A stretch of 64,000 nt of DNA from Polyangiales bacterium (GCA_038230375.1 JBBRNJ010000024.1:32001-96000), one strand, 5' to 3'; shown: positions 39,007 to 48,936, numbered from the stretch's first letter. A program made the numbers and translations. The notes: generated by a model from the letters alone, not told the origin.

Positions 39007-40590
39007 TCACTTCTTGAAGATGTGGCAGCCGCTGCAGACCTTTGCGTCTGGCTGATGGCTGCGGTGGTCGACGTGGCAGCCTGTCGTGCAGCTTGCGCGA
39101 TCGGATCTGGGTGCGGTGTGCGCGGAGTGGCACTTTGCGCACACCGCGTGACCATTCGACGCATGCAGCGCGGGCAGCGTTGCCTGGGCGTGGCAGCTCA
39201 CGCACGCAGGCGGCGGAGGCGCGGTTCCGTTCGCGCCGCGCGGACCGTGACAGGTGGTGCATCCGCCCGCGACCGTGCGGTGCGGCGAGCCGAGCTGCTT
39301 ACTGTGGCAAGACGCGCAGGTCGCCGTTGGCAGCGGTTTCCCCGAGTGGTTCTCGTGGCAGTTCGCGCATGCGTGCGGCCCCGTGTGCGTCGCTGTTTGC
39401 TCCTTCGCGTGGCAGGAGACGCACGCGGTGCCGGTCGTCGGTGCGTGACTCGCGCTCTGGCCGTGGCACTTCGCACACGCCGCGTGGCCCGGATTGAGCG
39501 CGACGAGCGCGGTCTCCTTCGCATGGCAGCCATTGCAAAGCGCCGTCTTCGCGACCCCCGATGCAGGCGTGAAGTCGTGCGGCTTGTGGCAGCTCTTGCA
39601 CGCGAGCTTTCCTGCGTGCGCGGACGTATCAGAGCCCGCGATCTTGGCGTGGCACGTGGTGCACGCAACGTTGGCGACGACGTTCGTGTGGCCATCGTGC
39701 GGCGCGTGGCATTGCACGCAGGCCTGCTTGTCATCGGCGTGCTTGCCTGCGTGCGTAAGCTTGACGTTCGCGTGACATGACACGCACGTGGCCGCTGCGC
39801 CGCCGGGGGCATGAGGCGCGTGACAAGAGGTGCAGACTGCATGTATCGGCACGCTCGCCGCCATCAACGTGGGCTTCTTGTTGTGGCATGACGTGCAGAC
39901 TGCAGCGCCTCCCGCGACGAACTCGTGCTGCTTGTGGCAGCCAAGGCACGTGTCGTGGCCTTTCACCTTCAACGCTCCGGCGGATGCAGCATGGCAGTTC
40001 GCGCATGCGTTCTTCGCCAGGCTCGCATCCGTGTGTCCGCCGTGGCAGTCCAGACAGCCCTTGCTGCCGGCGTGCTTCTCGTGGGAAGGCGTGCGCTCCT
40101 TGTGGCAGGACGCGCAGTCCACGGCGGCGATCCTCGGCTCTGTGTGTGTCTTGTGGCAGGAGGCACAGTCGGCGGTCGCGTGGTTCTTCACCGCAGGCGT
40201 TTTCCCCTGCGCTTTGTCGTGGCAGCCGATGCACGTGGGCATGGCCTTGTTGGGCGCGAACATGTGACACGAGAGACAATCCGTCTTCATCTCGAGGCCC
40301 GCGTGCGTGTGCTTCGACTCGTTGTCGTGACACTTCGCGCACACGGTCGCGTTCACGTTCGCGAAGCCGGCGGTGAGGTCGGTGTGGCAGTCCCTGCACT
40401 CGATGCCCGCGCCGTCCTTGCCAACGTGCGTCGCGTGTCCTTTGCTGGTCTTCCACTCTGTCCACGATGGAGGCACGTCCGTCGGAGCCGACGTCACCGC
40501 GCTATAGCGATGAATCAGGATGGCAGCCGTCGCGACGAGCGCGCAAAAGAACACGATCGCCCCCAGGGTGACCTTTCTCCTGGGACTCAA
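39007..40590 (-). CDS. Membrane-anchored 25-heme cytochrome c
   Basis: 24 CxxCH and 1 CX3CH counted, many as CxxCHxxH...CxxCH pairs; N-terminal TM helix after RRK; TTG start overlaps the upstream TGA (alternative start 40617). Confidence 0.9.
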   Translation of the reverse strand: MSPRRKVTLGAIVFFCALVATAAILIHRYSAVTSAPTDVPPSWTEWKTSKGHATHVGKDGAGIECRDCHTDLTAGFANVNATVCAKCHDNESKHTHAGLEMKTDCLSCHMFAPNKAMPTCIGCHDKAQGKTPAVKNHATADCASCHKTHTEPRIAAVDCASCHKERTPSHEKHAGSKGCLDCHGGHTDASLAKNACANCHAASAGALKVKGHDTCLGCHKQHEFVAGGAAVCTSCHNKKPTLMAASVPIHAVCTSCHAPHAPGGAAATCVSCHANVKLTHAGKHADDKQACVQCHAPHDGHTNVVANVACTTCHAKIAGSDTSAHAGKLACKSCHKPHDFTPASGVAKTALCNGCHAKETALVALNPGHAACAKCHGQSASHAPTTGTACVSCHAKEQTATHTGPHACANCHENHSGKPLPTATCASCHSKQLGSPHRTVAGGCTTCHGPRGANGTAPPPPACVSCHAQATLPALHASNGHAVCAKCHSAHTAPRSDRASCTTGCHVDHRSHQPDAKVCSGCHIFKK

Positions 40591-41657
40591 AGTCCCACCG
40601 CGTGACAGGAGCGGCACGGCACATCGTGCGTCTTGTTCTTGTTGCTCACGAAGCCGCGACCGTGCGGGCTTCCGCCCGAGCCACCGACCTTGTGACAGCC
40701 AATGCAGAGCTGCTCACCAGCGCCGCCGTGGCAGGATGCGCACGACATCGGATCGATGCGCGCCTGGGTTCCGTGCTCGCTGCCGCCGCGCGACGCAGAG
40801 ACCCAGTTGGGTGGGTGCGGGCTTCGGGTCGCGCTGCCCGGCGTGATGTGAGAAGCGGCGTGGCACTGGACGCACGAGTCTTCCGAGTGACAGGTGGAGC
40901 ACAGTCCAGGCTGCGCGCGCGCCTCCTCCGAATGCCTTGATTTGAAGCCGGCGCGATGCAGTCCGGACATCTTCACCGTGTCGAACGCGAGTCGAGCGGG
41001 GAGGGCGGGGACGTTCTGGCCGTGGCACGCCGCGCAGGATCGCTCGGTGTGGCAGCTCGCGCAGAGATCCGCAGCGGCCGCTGCGCGCACGCCGTGCTCA
41101 CGGACGAAGTCGCTGTCGTGCACGAGGTGGCTCGAGGGCAGCGTCTCCTCTGCGGCGAGGTCTTCGTGGCAGCCGTTGCAGTCGCGGACCTTCCATTGGT
41201 CCTGGTGCTCGTGGCATCCGAAGCAGCTCGCCATCGTGGGGCGCAGCGCGACGGGCTTCGCGACCGCCACTTCGGAGTGGCATCGCACGCAGTCGCCCTT
41301 CACGCGCGCCATGTGCTTCTGGTGCTCGAAGCGCAGGTGCTCGCGCGCGAGCTCGGCGGAGCCACGGACGTGCGACTCGCCGTGGCAGGCCGTGCAGTCG
41401 TGCGTGTCGTGCGGCTTCGTGTGACAGCCGACGCAGTCAGTCTTGCTTGGAAAATGCAGCGGATCGTGATCGCCCGACGTCGCGATGCCCGCGTGACAGG
41501 TGACGCACGCGACGCCTGCAAGGACGTGAGCTCTGTGCTCGAACGGGTGCGTCTGCGAGGCCCGTTTGAAGCCGAGCACGCCTGCGCACGCCGACAGCAA
41601 GAGGCAGAGCAGGAGGAGCAGCGTCAGGCGCGCGGGGATCCGGGAGCGCACGTTCAC
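40587..41657 (-). CDS. 13-heme cytochrome c lipoprotein (c7/c3-like N-terminal repeats)
   Basis: Lipobox LSAC; FEH..H motifs; 13 CxxCH; GTGA overlap with the barrel gene. Confidence 0.9.
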   Translation of the reverse strand: MNVRSRIPARLTLLLLLCLLLSACAGVLGFKRASQTHPFEHRAHVLAGVACVTCHAGIATSGDHDPLHFPSKTDCVGCHTKPHDTHDCTACHGESHVRGSAELAREHLRFEHQKHMARVKGDCVRCHSEVAVAKPVALRPTMASCFGCHEHQDQWKVRDCNGCHEDLAAEETLPSSHLVHDSDFVREHGVRAAAAADLCASCHTERSCAACHGQNVPALPARLAFDTVKMSGLHRAGFKSRHSEEARAQPGLCSTCHSEDSCVQCHAASHITPGSATRSPHPPNWVSASRGGSEHGTQARIDPMSCASCHGGAGEQLCIGCHKVGGSGGSPHGRGFVSNKNKTHDVPCRSCHAVGL

Positions 41658-42889
41658 AGGAACTCCAGGGTGCGGGACACACGTAGGAGCGCGTTCGTCT
41701 CGAAGCTGTGGACGGGTGTGGAGGCTGCCTCGAGCGCGCCCGCGGCTTCCCATCCCGTTCCGGAGCGCCACGCGAGCGCGACAAGGCCCCAGGGCCACAC
41801 GATGCCGCGTCCTCTCGGCGCGTCGGGCGCAGCGATCTCTATCTCGGTCGACAGTCGGAGGTGGTGAGAGAGCGGCTGGGTCGCGATGCCGCGTATGCCG
41901 GTCCACTGTGCGGAGGACACATCCTGTCTGTGAACCTCGAGCCCAAGACTGCCCGAGCCGCTGGGGCTGGTCGCCACGTGGTCATCGGTTCGAAGCAGCG
42001 CGCGGATCCACCCGTTGCCGCCGACCGCTCCGCCGACCGCTTGCCCAGCGGCGGACGCGAGCAGGTCCAGGCGTGGCGCCGCTTGCCAGCGCACCGTGCT
42101 GCCGATCAGATCCGAAGGGAAATCTCCGAGCACGGAGAAGAGCGAGGTCGCCGGCAAGAGACGCGACGGTGAGCGGTGGGCCGCGAACAGCTCGTAGCGA
42201 AAGTCGCCCTTGCGTGCGGCCCCGGAGATCAATGCATCCGTGATCCCGGGCGACGTGATGTCGTAGGCGCTGCGGGCGGCGATGTCGATTCCAGGCAGCG
42301 GAGCGGTCGCGGCATCGAAGCCGATCTCCTCGTCTGCGATCTCACCATGCACACGTCGCTCCACGAATGAAGCGCCCATCGTGAGCCGCGAGCCAACGCT
42401 CTGCGCGACTCTTCCACCCGCGACCCAGTCGTACGCGCGCGCGCCAAAGCTCGGGACCACCGGCACTCCGCCAAACGCCTCGACCGTCCCACCCCATGGC
42501 GCCCGCGCGAGCGCCGAAGCACCATCCAGCTGCAAGGGGCGAATTGCCCCGGTGGCCACGACAAAGCGTCCCACCCTCAGATCGCCGAGCCCGTGCGGCG
42601 CGCGAAGCCGCATGGACAACACGAGTACGTCTGCGGTCGCGTCGCTTCCGTACGGGCGCGCGCCCGCCCATACGAGCCCCTCCGTTGCGATCCACGGTCG
42701 CACGTTGTCAGAGCCCTGCAGCACGACCAGTCCCGTAGGCGCCTGTGTCTCTGCCGTCGCATCGGCGCGTAGACGCAACGGCTCCGCATTCGCGCGCTCG
42801 CACAACGAGAGCCACCCCAGCACTGACGGCACACAGAGCCACCTTGCGCGGTAGCTTCGTGGTCGCGTGGCCGCCGTCTTGCATCCCAT
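41654..42889 (-). CDS. Putative outer-membrane beta-barrel (porin of a porin-cytochrome complex)
   Basis: Signal ending ANA; amphipathic strand patterns (LRVGRF...LDGA, LGLEVHRQD, LRLSTEIEIA, WEAAGALEA, LLRVSRTLEF); directly upstream of two multihemes. Confidence 0.7.
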   Translation of the reverse strand: MGCKTAATRPRSYRARWLCVPSVLGWLSLCERANAEPLRLRADATAETQAPTGLVVLQGSDNVRPWIATEGLVWAGARPYGSDATADVLVLSMRLRAPHGLGDLRVGRFVVATGAIRPLQLDGASALARAPWGGTVEAFGGVPVVPSFGARAYDWVAGGRVAQSVGSRLTMGASFVERRVHGEIADEEIGFDAATAPLPGIDIAARSAYDITSPGITDALISGAARKGDFRYELFAAHRSPSRLLPATSLFSVLGDFPSDLIGSTVRWQAAPRLDLLASAAGQAVGGAVGGNGWIRALLRTDDHVATSPSGSGSLGLEVHRQDVSSAQWTGIRGIATQPLSHHLRLSTEIEIAAPDAPRGRGIVWPWGLVALAWRSGTGWEAAGALEAASTPVHSFETNALLRVSRTLEFL

Positions 42890-42940
42890 CGTCCGGTGCG
42901 CGTTGCAATTCCCGCGCGCGCCACGGAGAGCGCCCTCTAG

Positions 42941-43567
42941 ATGCCGTCCAGTCACTCGCCCTTCTCGTGGGTCACGCTCGCGTCGGCCGCGATCGCCGCC
43001 GTTATCATCATTGGTTACCTTGTTCGCAGGCCCAAGCTCACGGGCGTGACGAAGCTCTGGCTGCTCGCTGGACTCGGCGTGTTTCCGATCCTCACTGCGG
43101 GGGTCGGCAACGTGCAAGGCTTCGAGGCGACGACGAAGCGCAGCTTCTGCGCGTCGTGCCACGTGATGACGGAGCACACCGGCGACTCCGACAATCTTGC
43201 GAGCACGTCGCTCTCTGCGCGGCACGCGCGCAACAAGCTATTCGGCGACAAGAACTGCTACGTCTGCCACGCAGACTACGGCATGTACGGCACGCTCCTC
43301 ACGAAGGAGGGCGGCATGAAGCACGTCTATTACTACTATCTCGGCGGCTATCGCTCGCTCTCGATGGCAGAGGCGAAGGCGAAGATCCGAATTCACGCGC
43401 CCTACCCGAACGAGAACTGCATGCAGTGTCACTCGACGGAGGACAAGCTCTGGGCGGACCGTCCCGATCACAAAGCCGCGCTCGCCGATGTTCGCGCCGA
43501 CCGCATCAGCTGCGCGAGCAGCGGGTGTCATGGCCTGGCCCACCCCTACTGGAGGACTGACCCATGA
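42941..43567 (+). CDS. NapC/NirT-family tetraheme cytochrome c (quinol dehydrogenase-like)
   Basis: Two N-terminal TM helices; T...FCASCHVM, CYVCH, CMQCH, CASSGCHGLAH. Confidence 0.85.
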   Translation: MPSSHSPFSWVTLASAAIAAVIIIGYLVRRPKLTGVTKLWLLAGLGVFPILTAGVGNVQGFEATTKRSFCASCHVMTEHTGDSDNLASTSLSARHARNKLFGDKNCYVCHADYGMYGTLLTKEGGMKHVYYYYLGGYRSLSMAEAKAKIRIHAPYPNENCMQCHSTEDKLWADRPDHKAALADVRADRISCASSGCHGLAHPYWRTDP

Positions 43568-43827
43568 ACCTGGAGATGAGCCCGAAACGAGCCGAACGGC
43601 TCCTGCGCGTGGCATGCGTCGTTGCGCTCGCCGCGCTTTCACTGATGGTCTGGTCGGTGCTGGATCCGCGCCCGATTCCGGTGGTCGTCGCCATGTCGGT
43701 CGGGCAGGTCCTGGGCACACTGTCCCTGCTGCTCTTTTTTTGCGTGGTAGCGCTGGATTTGCGCCGCGCGAACCGAGCAAGCGCGGCCGCGGCGGCGCCT
43801 CCCGAGCCCGCGATCACGAAGGAGTGA
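43564..43827 (+). CDS. Small two-TM membrane protein
   Basis: ATGA overlap with the NapC/NirT gene; two hydrophobic helices. Confidence 0.7.
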   Translation: MNLEMSPKRAERLLRVACVVALAALSLMVWSVLDPRPIPVVVAMSVGQVLGTLSLLLFFCVVALDLRRANRASAAAAAPPEPAITKE

Positions 43828-44503
43828 TGCTGTCGATCAGGGTCTCGAAGGCGGGCTCTGCGTCGTGAATCGTGGCCTTGTCTCCCGTGAGCTTGAAGAA
43901 GGTCGATGAGCCTCGTGACTCCACGATGGCGCCGAGCAGCGCCCAGCCCGCACGCGGCGACGGAGCAGCGCCGGGCATCATCGCCCCGCCGGTGAAGGTG
44001 CCCGTGACCTCCACGATCGTGACCGTGAGCCCACGAACGACCTTGCGTCTGCGCGTCTCGTGGCCCGCATCGTCGAACTGGCCGAGCCATCGCTCGATGT
44101 TCGCGTCGGTGGTTCCGCCCGCGCGAACGATGCTGAAATCGCCTGGTTCCGTTGCTGGCCGAGACGCGGGCACGCGGTACGTCGCGAGTCGCATCGGGCT
44201 CGTGTTCGGCGCGGACACCCACGCCGCGGGGACCTTCCACGTGATCGCCGGGGCCTCATCCTCGGCCTGCATCGGCGCGCCGGTCCCGCTCGCGCCGATC
44301 GGCGGATGATTCGGCGGCAACGCACCGCCACCGTGCACCGTGCTCGGTCCGAACGCAGGCTCATTGGTCATCGGAGCAGGCAGAGGCTGCGGCTCGGGAG
44401 CCCTTGCCTCTGCGACCGCCTCCTTGCCCGGGCGCACGAACGCGACCCCGACCGCAAGGAGCACCGCAACGACAAGCACGGCAGGAATGACACGATTGGA
44501 CAT
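43814..44503 (-). CDS. Exported protein with LPPNHPPI motif
   Basis: N-terminal hydrophobic segment; LPPNHPPI, W.VP..W, MRLATY, ANIERWLGQF, FFKLTG. Confidence 0.75.
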   Translation of the reverse strand: MSNRVIPAVLVVAVLLAVGVAFVRPGKEAVAEARAPEPQPLPAPMTNEPAFGPSTVHGGGALPPNHPPIGASGTGAPMQAEDEAPAITWKVPAAWVSAPNTSPMRLATYRVPASRPATEPGDFSIVRAGGTTDANIERWLGQFDDAGHETRRRKVVRGLTVTIVEVTGTFTGGAMMPGAAPSPRAGWALLGAIVESRGSSTFFKLTGDKATIHDAEPAFETLIDSITPS

Positions 44504-44538
44504 CCACCCCGACCAGCAGGACCCATGCCACTGAACAG

Positions 44539-46071
44539 TCAGCGACCACACTTCGTGGTGACGGTGGCGTGGTAGCTCGTTGGCGGTGCGGTGAGGCCGT
44601 TGAGAGGCCAGCTCAGCGCGTGCGGTCGCGTTGCTGGCGGCGCCCGCGTCTCCGATGGGAGGATCATGTTGGTGGCGATGCTCGCGTCGAGCTGGTTTCG
44701 CTGCGCCGCGACGATGTCGATCGTAAGCTTCCCCGCGTCGCGAAGGTGCGTGTCGAGATCCTCTCGTGCGCGTGTGACCCGCGCGTGCGCGAGCTGTCCG
44801 ATGTTCCTCGACGCGATGTCACGCACGAGAGAGAGCATGTCCGCAGCGTCGGCGCCGGCTGGGGACGTCCTGAAGCCTGCGGGTGTGGCGTCGAATCGTT
44901 TGCGCTCATCGGCCAGGTATGCGTCGTAGGTCAGATGACCTGCGAACATGCGATCGGAGAGCGTGTCTGCAACGACGCTGCCCGGGCGTGCGAGCTCGCG
45001 CCGCACCAGCGCGACGTGTGCGGCGTCGTCGTCGGTCGAGAGTGCGGCTTCGGCGCGCGCGAGCTCGGCGCGGATCGGGTCGTAGGTGGCACGCATCCTG
45101 GTCAGTGCGTTCGTCGTCTCGTCGAAGCGACACAACTGGAACATCATCGTCGCGCCGAGGACTGCGCCCTCCGCATGGCGCGCCTTGTGGTCGGAGCTTG
45201 CCAGCACAGCCAGATTGCCGAGCGCGCCGGCATGATCGCCGGCCATGTAGAGCGCCCATGACTCCTCGAGGAGCGCGTCCGTGAAGTCGCTGCTCGTGAC
45301 GTCGACCTTCCGATAGAATTTCACCGCGGCCGACAGCTTGGTTGGATCCACCGTGGGGACGTTGTTCTCGTCGGCGCGGATGCTCGCGGAGTAGTAGACG
45401 CGTGCCATCGAGAGGACCGCGAGATCCCCCATGTGCGCGGCGTCCGCGTGACCGCCCTCGGCGATCGCCGCAAGCATGCGCTGGAAGGACTGCACTGCGG
45501 GGACGCTCTTCCGCAGCTGCACATTTGCGATCCCCGTCAAGAACTGGCTCCGCAGGTAGCTCTTGGACTGTTGCGCGACCAGCCCGAACGTCCGGATCGC
45601 TTCGTCGAACCGGCGGTTGCGCAGCTGATAGCGCCCGAGCAGGTAACAGAGCCGCCAGTAAATCTCGCGCTGGTGCTGGTTGTTGAGGCGAGCGATGTCA
45701 CCGTCGGTGTACTTGCCCACGCGCTCCATGACATCAGCCGGCTCCGGAAGATCAGCGTCGAGCGTCGCCAGCCAGATCAGCGTCTCCGCGTGCTTCGGAT
45801 GATGGGGATCGTCGGCGATCATGGAGAAGGTCCCGTACGCGGGGACGCGAAGCTGCATCCGGTAGTAGGCGATCGCAAGCTGGTACTGGGCGAGCTCCTT
45901 GTCCGCGCGCGAAGCGCTCGGGGATCGTGAGACGTCGGAGAGCGCGATCGCGGCCTCCGGCCAGCGCTCTTGATCGAAGAGCGACTTCGCGTCGGTCTCT
46001 GCGCGCGCGCTCCCCGAAGACGCCAGCACGAGCACACAGGTGATGGCGGCAACGGCCCATGGCAAACGCAT
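44539..46071 (-). CDS. Periplasmic TPR protein, gliding-motility GltC-like
   Basis: Signal peptide ARA; TPRs; LLEESWALY...ALGNL and helical C-terminus recalling myxobacterial GltC; no other glt genes nearby. Confidence 0.6.
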   Translation of the reverse strand: MRLPWAVAAITCVLVLASSGSARAETDAKSLFDQERWPEAAIALSDVSRSPSASRADKELAQYQLAIAYYRMQLRVPAYGTFSMIADDPHHPKHAETLIWLATLDADLPEPADVMERVGKYTDGDIARLNNQHQREIYWRLCYLLGRYQLRNRRFDEAIRTFGLVAQQSKSYLRSQFLTGIANVQLRKSVPAVQSFQRMLAAIAEGGHADAAHMGDLAVLSMARVYYSASIRADENNVPTVDPTKLSAAVKFYRKVDVTSSDFTDALLEESWALYMAGDHAGALGNLAVLASSDHKARHAEGAVLGATMMFQLCRFDETTNALTRMRATYDPIRAELARAEAALSTDDDAAHVALVRRELARPGSVVADTLSDRMFAGHLTYDAYLADERKRFDATPAGFRTSPAGADAADMLSLVRDIASRNIGQLAHARVTRAREDLDTHLRDAGKLTIDIVAAQRNQLDASIATNMILPSETRAPPATRPHALSWPLNGLTAPPTSYHATVTTKCGR

Positions 46072-46096
46072 GATGACTGAGAGTACACTCGCGGCG

Positions 46097-46752
46097 TGAA
46101 GGATGGCGATGCTCTCCCAGCCGTGGTGTTCGCGGCGTTCGTTCTTTCCGTTCTTCCAGCGCTCACCGCGTGCGGAGCGGAGCCCAATCAGGTCGCGGCG
46201 CCGCTCGTCCCCGTCCCCGGCGGATCGGGGTCGCTGCAGATCGGTGACTACGTGGTGTATCGCTTCACGGGAGCCGAGATCGGCTCCGTCACGCTGCGGG
46301 AAGAGGTCGTGGCGCAAGACGCCGCGCACGTGACGATCGCTTTGCATGCGGAGCGTGGGGACGCGCGGCGCGACTGGATCCAGGTGGGCCCATCCTCTGC
46401 AGACGCGCGCTGGAGCAACGCGGTGGACGCGATCTACGTGACCGGTGACGGCGGCAGACGAGAGCTCCCCAATCCCGACAACGTCACGCTCGGTCGCCTC
46501 TACGACTGGATGCTCGTCAACGCAGACGGCGAGGCGACCTCACGCGAGAGCGCCGCGTGCGAGCGCCAGATCGGAAGCGCGCGTGTTGCATGCACGTGCG
46601 AGCGCGCCACCCTCACCCTACGCGGGCGGAGCGTGCGAAGCGAAGAGACTCGGTGCCCTGGCTTTGCGTGGCAGCGCGGCCCGGCCCGCTGGTCGACCGA
46701 CGACGGCAAGGTCGTGTGGCAGGTTGACGTGGTCGAAGCCGGTCGCCACTGA
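46097..46752 (+). CDS. Lipoprotein, hypothetical
   Basis: Lipobox LTAC; GDYVVYRF. Confidence 0.6.
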
Positions 46753-46782
46753 TCTCGCGTTCACGGCCATGTCTATCACCCG

Positions 46783-48936
46783 TCAGAAGGCGACGCGCAC
46801 CGGCTGGTCGCGTGACGTCGTGGTCCCGTCACCGAGCTGCCCTTGGCTGTTGTCGCCCCAGCACCACACAGCGCCAGAGGCGTCGCGTGCGCAGAAGTGA
46901 TTCCGCCCTGCTGCGAGCTCGACGATGGCCGAGAGACCTGCGACCATCCTCGAAGTTCCCTTGGCGAAGCAGCTCACGCTGCCATCCGTGAGGATCGCGC
47001 ACGAGGCGCTCTGACCAACGACGATCGATCTCACGTGCGTATAGTTTCGCGCCCGACCAGGGGTCCACTTGCCGGTCGGATTCGTGACGTCAGCGACCTC
47101 TTCGTAGCCCCAGCAGGTCACGCCGCCGTCGTCGAGCACCGCGCAGTGACTCTCGAACCCGGCGAGTGATCGCACGCGACCGACGCCACGTGGGGCGACA
47201 GCAGTGCGCGTTCTCGGCCTGCCACCTGCAAGCTCGTACACCGAGTTGGCGCCCCAGCAGAGCGCGGTTGAAGCATGTGTTCGCCCGCATCTTCCGCCGC
47301 CTCCGACGGAGAGCTCGTCGATGTCGCGTGCGCCCTCGACGAAGGTTGGTTCGGTGCTGCCGATCTTTTCGCCTTCGTCGCGGTCGCCCCAGCAACGAAC
47401 GCGGCCGTCCTCGCCGAGGGCACACGTCATCGTGGCGGCACAAGACACCTGCTTGATGTGGGTGAGTCCAGGCACCGCGACGGGCACCGGGCCGGTTCTG
47501 GCATTGTCCCCCCAACACTGGAGCGTCGCGTCCTCCATCAACGCGCACGCGTGGTACTCACCGGGATGCACGGATCGGACGCCGCGCAAGTAGGGGCTTG
47601 CCGTCGGCGTGGTGCGGTCGGTCGTTGTCCCGTCGCCGAGCTGCGAGTTGTCGTTGTCGCCCCAGCATCGAACGGTTGCGTCCGCCATTCGCGCGCAGCT
47701 CACGTTGCCGCCGGCCGCGATCGTCGTCGGCCGAGAGCCCGTTGGCACAGCCACGGGCGTTACGCTGACGCTGGCCGGTGCCGTACCGAAGCCAGGCACA
47801 ACGGTGGGCAGATCGCTCTTCGCCCTCTTCCCACCCCAGCATGCGACAGCGCCTGCGCGCGTGACCGCGCATGCATCGTCGGTGTAGACCGCGACGCTCG
47901 CGACGTCCTTCAGCGGAACCAGGACCGGCGCGGGATGGATTCGCCGAGGCTGTCCGGGAAGGACCTGGACTTCCGATGTGTCGCCCCAACATCGGACGGT
48001 GCCATCGCCCGCCGTTGCGCACGTGCTGAAGGCCCCGACGGAGACGTTCACGTTGTCGGGGGCGCCGCGCACCAGCACCGGGGTCTCGCGCGGGAGGGTC
48101 GTTCCGTCGCCGACCTGGCCTTTCCCGTTCTCGCCCCAGCAGGAGAGGCTGCGGTCTGCCGCAATCGCGCAGCCCTCGGCAAGCTGCGTCACGCCGCGCA
48201 GTGGTGAGGGGACGGCGACGCGGGCCTCGAGGGTCGAAGCGCAGCGCACCGTGCCGTCGCGGAGAAGGGCGCAAAGTCCAAGCGTCGCGCCGGGCGAGAT
48301 GGCGACCGCTCCCTGGAATGCGGGCACCGCCGTGACGGCCCGTGGCATCTCGCAGGGGGCCGATCGAGCCTGCGATGCGTGCGCCATGTGAAACACAGTG
48401 CCGTCACTGCGCACGAAGAAACGGTCGAGGGTCGGCACGCTCGTCACCATCGCGCTCACGATGTCCGTCACGCCATCGATGACGCGAAGGGGGAATGCGG
48501 TGCCACCGCTACATGACGGGCTCCAGCCGCCCCAGCACGCCACGTGCCCATCGTCGAGAACCGCGCACATCGGCAAACCGTGGGCAAGTGCTCTTGCGGG
48601 ACGCGGCAATGCGACGCGCAACGGGACACGCGAGAAGTGACGGACGCCGTCGCCGAGGGAGCCAACGTCCCCGTCCCCCCAACAATAGACGTCGCCAGCG
48701 GTGGTCCGGACGCAGTGCGCGTCGCCGATTCCGACCTCGGCCGCGTTTCCGAAGAAGGAGGGGCTCGTGCTGGACGGCGCGGGGTTGACCGGGGGTGGCG
48801 GGGCGGACGGGGCGGACGGCGGCGAGTCGACCGAGGGCGGCGATGTGGGGTTGACCTGCGGCGCCGAGGTGGTCGCACCGCACCCCACCATCAGCGCGAC
48901 CGCCCCCGCAAAGAAGATCACCGAGAGGGTCGACAC
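46783..48936 (-). CDS. RCC1-repeat (double beta-propeller) lipoprotein
   Basis: Many CA...G.V.CWG.N..GQLGDGT repeats; lipobox MVGC. Confidence 0.88.
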   Translation of the reverse strand: MSTLSVIFFAGAVALMVGCGATTSAPQVNPTSPPSVDSPPSAPSAPPPPVNPAPSSTSPSFFGNAAEVGIGDAHCVRTTAGDVYCWGDGDVGSLGDGVRHFSRVPLRVALPRPARALAHGLPMCAVLDDGHVACWGGWSPSCSGGTAFPLRVIDGVTDIVSAMVTSVPTLDRFFVRSDGTVFHMAHASQARSAPCEMPRAVTAVPAFQGAVAISPGATLGLCALLRDGTVRCASTLEARVAVPSPLRGVTQLAEGCAIAADRSLSCWGENGKGQVGDGTTLPRETPVLVRGAPDNVNVSVGAFSTCATAGDGTVRCWGDTSEVQVLPGQPRRIHPAPVLVPLKDVASVAVYTDDACAVTRAGAVACWGGKRAKSDLPTVVPGFGTAPASVSVTPVAVPTGSRPTTIAAGGNVSCARMADATVRCWGDNDNSQLGDGTTTDRTTPTASPYLRGVRSVHPGEYHACALMEDATLQCWGDNARTGPVPVAVPGLTHIKQVSCAATMTCALGEDGRVRCWGDRDEGEKIGSTEPTFVEGARDIDELSVGGGGRCGRTHASTALCWGANSVYELAGGRPRTRTAVAPRGVGRVRSLAGFESHCAVLDDGGVTCWGYEEVADVTNPTGKWTPGRARNYTHVRSIVVGQSASCAILTDGSVSCFAKGTSRMVAGLSAIVELAAGRNHFCARDASGAVWCWGDNSQGQLGDGTTTSRDQPVRVAF

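Noticed and set aside
42890..42940. Sigma54 promoter in the barrel/NapC divergent spacer
   Set aside because: GG-to-GC spacing does not fit N10 for the TTGC motifs on either strand.
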